Assembly: GCA_017517035.1 (NCBI GenBank)
Contig: JAFXAN010000121.1
Span: 17,736-81,735 of the forward strand
DNA: 64,000 nucleotides
Origin: Clostridia bacterium
Lineage (GTDB): Bacteria; Bacillota; Clostridia; Oscillospirales; CAG-272
Direction: 5' to 3'
The position numbers and the translations under genes were made by a program. Below the pieces are notes generated by a model. The model did not search any database, was not told where the DNA came from, and saw only the letters and a list, made by a program, of their open reading frames with translations. Numbering within the stretch: position 1 is the first letter of the stretch; each line of letters starts with the position of its first letter. Below, one piece after another: positions 31,101-37,294 of this stretch.

Positions 31101-32127
31101 ACTTGAAATATGTAGTATAGGGACTTGCGTTCTCTGTTTCATTCTTACCGTGATTATTGGTATATTTATATGTATCGTAAAGATATCCGCCGGAGCTGTT
31201 CTTATAATAGCTACCAATATATGCTCCGTCTGAAACCCAAGTTGATGAAGCATCAGCCTCTGCAACATTATGAGGAGCGGGAATAGAATGAGGCGAAACG
31301 CTGATGGTAATATAGTTAGGGTTACAAATACCCGACTGCGGCACAATTGAGGTATGCGAGCCGCTTGCACTTATCCAGTCATAGCCCTTATAGAGGAACT
31401 GTGCTTTAAGGTCTGTTTTTCCCTGAGGAATGGTAAGATAAGCCGCAACATGGTTGTCGCCGCCCCAAGAATCCTTATAGTTTGTGTCCTTCGGGCAGTT
31501 GATCTCAAGCTCATAGCAATCGTATGTCACGCCGCTGTATGTAACATCAGCGCATTTATAAATATAATTGATGCTTGCTTCGCCGCCATCGGCATCGAGT
31601 TGAGCGAGAGTTTCATCCCAAAAGGCATTAAATTCACCGAAATCACTGTATTCATCCGGAACACCGTATATTGACTGTATCTTATCAACATCAGCACCGG
31701 CACCAAAACCGTAAGGCTCGATTTTAGGAGTTGTGTTCTTTGTATACTTATTACCGTTTGCATCGCAAGCGCTGACAGTCATAAGCACAAAGCCGGGACG
31801 GCGAAGTCCGCCCTTAAGCGTGATGGTGTAAACACCGTCAACGGGAGAAACATTACCTGTGAGGGTTCTGCCGTCGTCCATAACAGCACTGTAATGAACC
31901 GAAGGTGCCGTCAGAACTGTTGAACCGTTCTTGATTTGGAATTGGGCAACGATATCCTCGCCCACCTCATAATCAAGAGGGTTACCTGTGTTGATTTCAC
32001 TGATAGTTGCGCTTGACACCGTTGAAACATCGGCATAGCTTGCAGCTGCTGCAGTGAAAGTGAATGATGCGACCACCATCAATACTGCGAGAACGCAGGA
32101 CAGCAGTCTTTTGAAATTTGCTTTCAT
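25129..32127 (-). CDS. 2332-aa secreted multidomain protein: signal peptide, Ig-like region, AXE1/CE7-like alpha/beta-hydrolase domain, about 6-7 BspA-type leucine-rich-repeat modules, and an unassigned C-terminal domain
   Basis: Signal peptide LLSCVLAVLMVVASFTFTAAAA. FNAFWDETLAQL followed by GSSQGG (complement of 30946-30963) and GLKDTLVPPSTV...MGHG resemble acetyl-xylan esterase/cephalosporin deacetylase. Repeated IPxxVTSIGxxAFxxCxxL units recur. Recurring module starts (W.L...G.L.I.G.G) and ends (GSTAE..A...G..F) are visible. Confidence 0.8.
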   Translation of the reverse strand: MKANFKRLLSCVLAVLMVVASFTFTAAAASYADVSTVSSATISEINTGNPLDYEVGEDIVAQFQIKNGSTVLTAPSVHYSAVMDDGRTLTGNVSPVDGVYTITLKGGLRRPGFVLMTVSACDANGNKYTKNTTPKIEPYGFGAGADVDKIQSIYGVPDEYSDFGEFNAFWDETLAQLDADGGEASINYIYKCADVTYSGVTYDCYELEINCPKDTNYKDSWGGDNHVAAYLTIPQGKTDLKAQFLYKGYDWISASGSHTSIVPQSGICNPNYITISVSPHSIPAPHNVAEADASSTWVSDGAYIGSYYKNSSGGYLYDTYKYTNNHGKNETENASPYTTYFKYMLMRDVQAVNFLKLYFNETGVTSTVNGVDTSVFAGVWDGANILTSGSSQGGYQALAVAGLDSDVNSVSAGVPWFADQGVTSADSDRYKPTSPRNFPYGEGLRYVDTANLATRISKDCSVTINAGLKDTLVPPSTVMSIYDLLNCNVTLKFNQNMGHGGSGQYSQSISKTVDTSEKSHTINYVSDFEASFKDDFEAAWEKVCDTNVVSVDLYKADKNTDIDFKALAASSAADGIGIVLTGEGLTNINAKLAEIYALHNDVNSKVWVIENNNALDGENAAITFDACMNWGDRPTADGSIKLYTEDGELGQTSVLGANVPYAVIATPLWVSAQGILVDAENVTLKDGMLSTSVDEASVTFSAPAYSASYNMTGVGDAADYGNIEGVGLWVMGNDGTLTIKGAGAIPAYDSYASTPWAGSTVTSVVVSDGITAIGANAFAISGVTVNLPLSVAAIEVGAVSADATIVSYDNAYAKTFAKENSIKFTNLGATGSAGTDLTWLLDIDSGVLTIEGTGTKTYSGSGGWSSDGSKEKLSVFYPYKDQIKTIKFCDSVTNIGSKTFYYIGGLTTVELTPNIKTIENNAFGNCANLSTIYVKGNEPVTGTYDLTYVTSMTGGYQFDGSGKTTLKEVKLSDNLTGGLGDKFISYNSSLKSITIPAGVTSFSYRTFNQCTALKEVTFLGNPTIPDNFLLNADEQVDKNNISKGYKTYIDTIYAKEGTSIQTWVDTANAKYEEIGVTHRVSFSALEEPAVAEGKAGVNLTWKIMNENGEYVMYIQGTGTYVQPYITATGSFDTSIAWNEDHTQYDWKDYASQVKKLVIEAPVTKVLGYTFAKFDNCHTLELPTSMTTLSSASCFNDMDKLTTIYTKGQTPEAGTANLSNITSLSDYALVKSAFKKVILKENVQIGNYAFVWNTGLETLELPEGVTIGSRAFGFYTSSSKNKLTSISFPESLATIPYAPFQMTDNNSTFSPNAYVLEITIKNPDATFEGCTTSDYSAFLNAMGALTTVKGYSGSTAEAMVEWANANGREIEFVSIGGANVASGSYSGATWTLTTGEDGKYVITIGGDVTSLPAASSDWGLDSYKADVTKVVIEAPITSLNATVKDMFANALILELPTSCKSIGGSALNDARKLHTVYTTGQEMVEGTFNLSNITSVASYALVRNMMDTIIVGENCNFSSNALFWQGNLSKVIISEGAKIGKMSFVSGTNNYASDDRVWEKASVEFPASMSVIPAESFYGNNGTSDSGKFPNNVVVEITVKNPNALFAIATNATANDYEGFVTWMSALKTVKGTVGSTAETFVNWANEYFAENEIDRTITFEAIGTVASGMPIGEDLYFRILDDGNGKYIFDIYGTGTTAQAMSTSGEYLAGGYPNFVENKKYEETNYYQYCGKVSKIKFSAPNLTKISGYLFQAMGAQILELHPNMTNINNDAFNGLTTLTTVYTTGQTPEIGVANLTNVPKIGGYVFYQNKFVKILLNENLTSIGTYTFGNATKLEMIEIPAKVTSIGANAFINASKLKYISFGADSFTYSSSSFSGICADVTIAGKTGSTAVTLAEEKGVQFIDSAYINEIVAVYSNGNSVILLDKVDDKNVTAYATGSATYFNMGYTDYDTAVNKDKNGHLRVWDKYKSLITKAIYVNPGFTKIDSSFATHANLKTVEIPASVTAITDSGFNGSGLTTLYITGNAIKEGVIDLSNITSLGSMCMASAKAHTILLNDDLSGAWGQNLFFRCDNLLYIRVPTGVTSLDGTTFYNSSKLNTVLFESKTTVIGASAFSGCTGLKTIIGYRGSTAETYANANGLEFIPLETESLLTFDGYEIREKDYNGLRSIFTANPAAMAALEAKGLKVVEYGSLLASTDKLNDAGVELTIAKNADGEYASHGFAVVSPIYQKGFRVGKILSESETAIKYACTVTYFNESNYTKNVTFRGYIVYEDKEGNDYVVYADLIGDDDAIYNSTNLEFVCQGMIDDGRDLSANISWLDVQKFRENLVK

Positions 32128-32251
32128 GTCTGAATTTCCTTTCCTTTTTTATATATTTTACTAAAAATGGGAACAAAATGTAAAGATATTATATCATATG
32201 AGCAAAAAAACAAACTATAAAAAATTTGTTCTCTTTGTGTCATCTGTTGAC

Positions 32252-32280
32252 ATTATACCGATAATATATATTTTTTACAA
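32252..32280 (-). promoter_or_regulatory. promoter candidate for the giant gene (TTGTAA-17-TATAAT)
   Basis: Minus strand reads TTGTAA (complement of 32275-32280), a 17-nt spacer, then TATAAT (complement of 32252-32257). This lies about 125 nt upstream of the ATG. Confidence 0.35.
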
Positions 32281-32368
32281 TGCAAATTAGGGAAATACTG
32301 AAAAAAAGAGAAAAATACTTATTATATTGTATCACAAAGGGCAATTTTTTACAATAATATTTATTAAA

Positions 32369-32422
32369 TTTTGCGCAAAAACCGCATTTTGCACAAAATG
32401 CTATACAAAAATTCGTGCAAAA
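32369..32422. promoter_or_regulatory. cluster of TTTTGC(G/A)CAAAA palindromic motifs (possible operator)
   Basis: Perfect palindrome TTTTGCGCAAAA at 32369-32380. Near-palindrome TTTTGCACAAAA at 32387-32398, with centres 18 nt apart. A half-site GTGCAAAA lies at 32415-32422. Confidence 0.3.
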
Positions 32423-32431
32423 AAGCAAAAA

Positions 32432-32457
32432 AGAGGAAGGCATAAAAACCTTCCTCT
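32432..32457 (-). terminator. rho-independent terminator after the cohesin-like lipoprotein gene
   Basis: 9-bp stem AGAGGAAGG/CCTTCCTCT followed by a T-run on the minus strand (TTTTTTGCTTTTTT). Confidence 0.65.
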
Positions 32458-32470
32458 AATTTTTTGTTAT

Positions 32471-33031
32471 TTAACCAAGATTAACTGTGCATCCTTCAAG
32501 TGTGAAGATAACATCCTCAAGGTTCTGATTTGTGTTATCTCCGATGTTAGAAACGAGGCTCAGCTCTGTTTCGCCGCTTGCACCCTCAAGGATCTCAAAG
32601 GACATAACATAAAGAACACCGTCACCCGTGAAATCGGTGGGGTTAATATATAGAGCGGTTGCAAATTCAAGATTAGCAACAACATCGCCGCCCTGCTGAA
32701 TATTTGAAACGATATTCGAGGGTTCAACAAGCTCTGAATCAGTGATCTCAACGGGTCTCAGCTTTGTGTTGTCATAATGAAGCTGAATGTTGAATGCCGC
32801 AAGACCCTGATTACCGGAAATCGCAACGCTTGCAAAAAGCTGATTTCCAACAACCTCTGCCGAAACGGAAACAACGCCGCCATCAACCTTTGCATCGGTT
32901 TCGGGAACATTTCCTGTTATCGCATCTGTGTCGGTACTGTCTGCTCCGCCTTCAACCTTTTCTCCGCAGGAAACAAAGCAGGAAAGCATAAGAACGAGCG
33001 CAAGAAGAAGTACAAAAATTCTTGTTTTCAT
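32471..33031 (-). CDS. small lipoprotein with a cohesin-like beta-sandwich domain
   Basis: Lipobox MKTRIFVLLLALVLMLSCFVSCG. The rest (LFASVAISGNQGLAAFNIQLHYDNTKLRPVEI...GDGVLYVMSFEILEGASGETEL) follows the cohesin pattern. The ATG at 33031 follows GGAGGA. Confidence 0.5.
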   Translation of the reverse strand: MKTRIFVLLLALVLMLSCFVSCGEKVEGGADSTDTDAITGNVPETDAKVDGGVVSVSAEVVGNQLFASVAISGNQGLAAFNIQLHYDNTKLRPVEITDSELVEPSNIVSNIQQGGDVVANLEFATALYINPTDFTGDGVLYVMSFEILEGASGETELSLVSNIGDNTNQNLEDVIFTLEGCTVNLG

Positions 33032-33064
33032 AATAAATCCTCCAAAATTTTCTTCTGTTTTTTC

Positions 33065-33093
33065 ATTATAACATATTTTTTTGTATTTTGCAA
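33065..33093 (-). promoter_or_regulatory. promoter candidate for the cohesin-like gene (TTGCAA-17-TATAAT, with TG-extended -10)
   Basis: Complement of 33088-33093 and of 33065-33070, with an exact 17-nt spacer. Confidence 0.45.
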
Positions 33094-33118
33094 TAGGAAT
33101 ATTGATTTTTGATAAAAT

Positions 33119-33143
33119 CGGCTGATCCAAAAGCAGATCAGCC
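33119..33143 (-). terminator. hairpin after GH26 paralog 1
   Basis: 9-bp stem CGGCTGATC/GATCAGCCG. The U-tract on the minus strand is weak. Confidence 0.4.
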
Positions 33144-33150
33144 GAAAAAA

Positions 33151-34188
33151 TCATATCAATTTTGCAACATCTTCAAGTCCGAGAATGCCTTCTGCAGACA
33201 TGAATTTTTCACCTCTGCCCATTTCGTTGAGTGTCCAAGGGGATGTCCATGTAAGCATATATGCTGCGCTATATCCGTCTTCCGACATACGGCGAACAAG
33301 AGACAAAAGATCCTCACCGTTAAAGAGATCTTCCTGCTTTGTTCCAATCTCGGCATTTGCCCTTATCGCCCCGGAAGGCCCCCATTCTGCAATCGAAACG
33401 GGCTTTCCGGTGGATGCGAGATCCTTATATGTGCTGTTGAGGGAAATCTCATAATTTCCGCCGCTGTACCAGTCCATTGCAACAAAATCGCACATATCAC
33501 CCGGATAACCGTAAAGCGCACGAACCATGCCTTGGCTATCGTCTGCAACAATATTGGGACTGAATTCCCAGAGAAGATTGTCAAGCTTTCTTTCGCTTGT
33601 GAAATAATCATAGATATATTTCCATGCTGCAACAAATGTTTCTTCCTTAATCGCTCTTCTCTCCTCTGTTTCGGGATCTCTTTGAACCATGCAGAACCAG
33701 AACCAGCCGCCGTTTGTTTCATGGAGAGGTCTCCAGATAACGGGGACATTGTTGTCATTCAGCTTTTCAAGAAAGTCAGCAATTGCAGACAGCTCGATCT
33801 TGAAATACCTGTTAAGCTCTGTTCCATCGCTTATCATTTCGAGCCAAGTTTCATCAAATCCGAAAAAGCCGCGGTATCCATCGACATCGGGGTTTTTATT
33901 TTTGGGATTTGCAAAATGGGCACTGCAAGTGACAAGTCCGCCCTTTTCGGCATATGCTGTGATCTCCGAAACAACCTGCTCGATTCCCGCCTCTCCAAGT
34001 CTTGTCAGATTGGATTTTCTTATATCAAATCCGAGTATGCCCGGATATTTTCCGTTGTTTTTTTTGAATCTTTCAAGTGTTGCATTTACCATTGCGGGAT
34101 GATTTCCCATTTCCTCGCCAAAAATCAGAAGATCTTTATCGGCATATACTTTTTTAAATAATTCAACAAGTTGCTGCTTGGTATACAT
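33151..34188 (-). CDS. GH26-family glycoside hydrolase, catalytic domain only, no signal peptide (paralog 1)
   Basis: GH26 blocks AHFANP, VIWRPLHETNGGWFWF (acid/base Glu), WEFSPN, DFVAMDWY and SIAEWGP (nucleophile Glu). Confidence 0.8.
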   Translation of the reverse strand: MYTKQQLVELFKKVYADKDLLIFGEEMGNHPAMVNATLERFKKNNGKYPGILGFDIRKSNLTRLGEAGIEQVVSEITAYAEKGGLVTCSAHFANPKNKNPDVDGYRGFFGFDETWLEMISDGTELNRYFKIELSAIADFLEKLNDNNVPVIWRPLHETNGGWFWFCMVQRDPETEERRAIKEETFVAAWKYIYDYFTSERKLDNLLWEFSPNIVADDSQGMVRALYGYPGDMCDFVAMDWYSGGNYEISLNSTYKDLASTGKPVSIAEWGPSGAIRANAEIGTKQEDLFNGEDLLSLVRRMSEDGYSAAYMLTWTSPWTLNEMGRGEKFMSAEGILGLEDVAKLI

Positions 34189-34200
34189 AGCTATTTCTCC

Positions 34201-35082
34201 TTATTTCAGATTCTTTTCCATAAATATGCTCACATTATCATATGTAAGCTTATTGGCGATTTTTCTGCCAAATCTGCTGCAAAGCATTTCATATATCATC
34301 GGGATGCTTTCGATGCCCGAGACACCGCACGGCATAGGTGCTCCGTCCATATCAGCTCCAAAGCAGGTGAAATCTTCCCCACTGAGTGAAAGATAATGTT
34401 CGAAATGGCGCATGATATCATCTGCCGTACATTTTTCTTTCTTTTCCGTAAGATGGTAAGCGCAAAGGCTCAAACCGACTATTCCGCCAAGCTCTTTTAT
34501 TCGCAAAAATTGCTCGTCACGAAGATTTCTCGGGTGTGAATAAACAGAATAAGAGCAGGAATGTGATGCAATTACCACACCTCCCTTTTCTTCAGCCATA
34601 TTCAATATTTCATCAGCGCTTTTTAAAGAGCAATGTGAAATATCGGGGATGATTCCAATTTCAAAGCATCTTTCGATGACAGCTTTGCCGAAATCGGTAA
34701 GCCCCGTGTCTGTATCAAATGCACCGCCTATTATGCTCTCGCCCTTCCACATGGGGATGAGAAATTTAATTCCCATTGAGTGAAGCAGATCAAGTCTTTC
34801 AAGATCACCGCAGAGAAGCCTTGCGTCCTCAAGAGAAAAGGCAAAAGGACCGAAAGAAGCGGGAACGGGACTATGGCGAAGAAAATTTTCGTGCATTTCG
34901 AGAAAATCCGCAAAGCATTCCTCATCCGTGCGATCATTTCTGCACCACAGCGCCATCACCTGCTTATATTCACCTAGACATTTTGCTCTCTCAAGAGAAA
35001 TTGCAAGATCGTTTTGTTTGAATCCTTTGTTTTGAGCATACATTTCATACGCTGTATCGCAATGCAGATCAAAAAACCTCAT
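34201..35082 (-). CDS. M19 (renal-type) dipeptidase family protein
   Basis: MRFFDLHCDT N-terminal metal motif plus GIIPDISHCS, ASHSCSYSVYSHPRNLRDEQ and GGIVGLSL blocks. The ATG at 35082 follows GGAGGA. The Shine-Dalgarno of paralog 1 overlaps this gene's stop. Confidence 0.75.
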   Translation of the reverse strand: MRFFDLHCDTAYEMYAQNKGFKQNDLAISLERAKCLGEYKQVMALWCRNDRTDEECFADFLEMHENFLRHSPVPASFGPFAFSLEDARLLCGDLERLDLLHSMGIKFLIPMWKGESIIGGAFDTDTGLTDFGKAVIERCFEIGIIPDISHCSLKSADEILNMAEEKGGVVIASHSCSYSVYSHPRNLRDEQFLRIKELGGIVGLSLCAYHLTEKKEKCTADDIMRHFEHYLSLSGEDFTCFGADMDGAPMPCGVSGIESIPMIYEMLCSRFGRKIANKLTYDNVSIFMEKNLK

Positions 35083-35092
35083 TTTTCCTCCG

Positions 35093-37015
35093 TTATTTAA
35101 GAGCGTCAAACATCGCCTTGACATCAGATAGACCGAGAGTCATTTCATGATCCATAAATTCTTTTGATTTTCCAAGCTCGGGAATTGACCACTGCCCTGT
35201 CCATGTGAGGAAATATCCGAATTTATAATCGCCCATACGCTTCATTTCGTCAAGCATTGCAAGAATAGATTCGCAGGAGAATATATCCTCTTGTATTTCG
35301 CCCTCTTCATCGGCAATAAGATCTCCCGATGGTCCAAATTCATTGATATTGATCACCATTCCGAGGGACTTCAAGTCACGATATGTAGAGGATTCTTCAA
35401 TATCATAAGCATCTCCGCTTCCGGTATACCAGTCAAAGCCTACAAGATCTACATATTCCTTTCCGGGAAAACCGTAAAGAGGTGCTGTCATATACTGACT
35501 TTCGTTTCCGATATTGGGGCCGTACTCCCAAAGAAGATTATCAAGTCCACGCTCAATTGTAAAATAATCATGAATATATTTCCAAAGATTACTGAAGGAA
35601 GCCTCGCTTACCTTTGTGTCGCCCTGAACCATGCAGAACCAGAACCAGTTACCGTTCGCCTCGTGCAACGGACGCCAGATGACGGGAACCCCATTTTCCT
35701 TAAGTGCTTCAAAGAAATCAGCAATGCCCGCAAGCTCTTTTTTAAAGGCTGTATTATAATCCGTCCCCTCGGTTATAAGCTTTGCCCAGGCATCATCACC
35801 ACCAAGTCGCCCTCTGTAATTTTCAATTGACGGGTCGCCGCCATTCTCTATCGGATTTGAAAAATGTGCGCTTGCAGTTATAATTCCGCCACCTACCGCA
35901 TAATTTGTCAGGTCCGCTATCACCTTTGTTCTTCCGGCTTCGCCAAGCTTATGAAGATTTGCATATCTCACATCAAGACCGAGTATTCCCGGATACTGAC
36001 CGGATTTTTCATAGTAGTTCTGAAGTGTTTTTGAAACTTGATTTGCTCCGTTTGAGATCTCCGTACCAACGATGATCTGATCGGAATTATATACCTTTTC
36101 GAGAACGGTCATAACATCTTCCTTTGAATATATGCTGTCGATCTCAATCACAGCATCGGTATTATGATATGATGTTATATCAAGCTTTCTGTCAACCGCA
36201 CCGGAAAGAAGCATTTCGATATATTCTGTGCTCCAATCGGCATCATAATATGAAGGAGTTATCTCAATATTGCCGTTATTTACAACAAAGGATGACTTTT
36301 TAACCTCGCTTCCCGGCTCACCTATTTTGATCACATGAGCACCTTTGGAAATTGTTGATTTAACCTCAAGCTTTATATCGGCTATATCAAATATGACATT
36401 TGAAATCTCAATTGCTACATCAGCGAAAATATCCGATTCATAAACAATATAATAATCAGAGATAGGATTTCCTTCAATTGTAAGCTGATCCAGCTTCTTT
36501 GTCTCGGGAGAATAGATATATCCCTTTTCGTCACCGGGAATGCAAAGTTTGCCGGATTTATTCACCATTTTTGTTGTCCAAAGTTCGATTGCGTTCATGA
36601 AAGCCTCGTCCGAGCCTGCGCAGATAACGATTTTGTCGCCGACTCTGCGAATCAGATATTCACTATATGATGTGATATCTTCCATCGCCTTCTTACTCTC
36701 GGCACGCTTGGTTTCACCTATAAGAATTTCTTTTGGCTTCGTTCCGCTATAATCTGTTCCAAGCTTGATATCCACACCGAATTTTTCGTTCAGAGTTTTG
36801 CGAAGAGAAACAGCAACATTTTTCTCTTCCTCTGTCGCCTTGTCACTTCTAACGATCGTAAACTCTGCAAGATCATCGATGGCACCAAGTGCTGCGGTAT
36901 TATTCTTCTTTGGTTCATCTTTGTTTACATTTGGAGTTTCCTCACCGCAAGAGCTTAGAAAAGCGGCACAGAAAACCATAGCAAGAGTGAGAAGAAAGGG
37001 TAAAAATCTCTTCAT
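35093..37015 (-). CDS. lipoprotein: N-terminal modules plus a C-terminal GH26 domain (paralog 2)
   Basis: Lipobox LAMVFCAAFLSSCG. GH26 blocks AHFSNP, VIWRPLHEANGNWFWF, WEYGPN, DLVGFDWY and NINEFGP. Confidence 0.8.
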   Translation of the reverse strand: MKRFLPFLLTLAMVFCAAFLSSCGEETPNVNKDEPKKNNTAALGAIDDLAEFTIVRSDKATEEEKNVAVSLRKTLNEKFGVDIKLGTDYSGTKPKEILIGETKRAESKKAMEDITSYSEYLIRRVGDKIVICAGSDEAFMNAIELWTTKMVNKSGKLCIPGDEKGYIYSPETKKLDQLTIEGNPISDYYIVYESDIFADVAIEISNVIFDIADIKLEVKSTISKGAHVIKIGEPGSEVKKSSFVVNNGNIEITPSYYDADWSTEYIEMLLSGAVDRKLDITSYHNTDAVIEIDSIYSKEDVMTVLEKVYNSDQIIVGTEISNGANQVSKTLQNYYEKSGQYPGILGLDVRYANLHKLGEAGRTKVIADLTNYAVGGGIITASAHFSNPIENGGDPSIENYRGRLGGDDAWAKLITEGTDYNTAFKKELAGIADFFEALKENGVPVIWRPLHEANGNWFWFCMVQGDTKVSEASFSNLWKYIHDYFTIERGLDNLLWEYGPNIGNESQYMTAPLYGFPGKEYVDLVGFDWYTGSGDAYDIEESSTYRDLKSLGMVININEFGPSGDLIADEEGEIQEDIFSCESILAMLDEMKRMGDYKFGYFLTWTGQWSIPELGKSKEFMDHEMTLGLSDVKAMFDALK

Positions 37016-37062
37016 TTTAAATCCTCCGTTTGAGACATAAATTGGATTATAAATACCAATAA

Positions 37063-37091
37063 AATTATACATTAATAAAAGTGAAATGTCA
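37063..37091 (-). promoter_or_regulatory. sigma-A consensus promoter candidate (TTGACA-17-TATAAT) for the paralog 2 / dipeptidase / paralog 1 operon
   Basis: Complement of 37086-37091 (TTGACA) and of 37063-37068 (TATAAT), with a 17-nt spacer. This lies about 48 nt upstream of the ATG at 37015. Confidence 0.55.
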
Positions 37092-37260
37092 AGTTTTGAA
37101 CCGTTTCTTTCTTTTTGAAAAATTAGTCGAAAGAAACAAAGTATGCTCTGATTTTTTATTGATATTTTCCCGTTTTTTCAATCAAAAATCCTGCCCAAAA
37201 GCAATTTTTGTAACTTTTTAACATTATATGCTCGACTTATTTGTTTGTTTTTACAAAAAT

Positions 37261-37283
37261 ACGCGGAATCAAAGATTCCGCGT
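37261..37283 (-). terminator. rho-independent terminator after paralog 3
   Basis: 10-bp stem ACGCGGAATC/GATTCCGCGT with a 3-nt loop, followed by ATTTTTGT on the minus strand. Confidence 0.7.
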
Positions 37284-37294
37284 ATATAATTTTA

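Noticed and set aside
25129-32127. Internal periodicity of the giant gene as a DNA tandem repeat or CRISPR-like array
   Set aside because: The repetition is at the protein-module level (LRR units and roughly 250-aa modules) with diverged nucleotide sequence. There are no short identical direct repeats with unique spacers.
32246-32251. Plus-strand TTGACA hexamer in the giant-gene upstream region
   Set aside because: No acceptable -10 element lies 16-18 nt downstream on the plus strand and no plus-strand gene follows. The complementary strand at this spot supplies the TATAAT of the minus-strand promoter candidate instead.
33109-34161. 350-aa plus-strand ORF
   Set aside because: It is antisense to GH26 paralog 1, which has all the catalytic motifs. 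The composition is Cys-rich and implausible. It is an artefact of codon bias on the opposite strand. The same reasoning applies to 38135-38800, 35291-35830 and 16948-17493.
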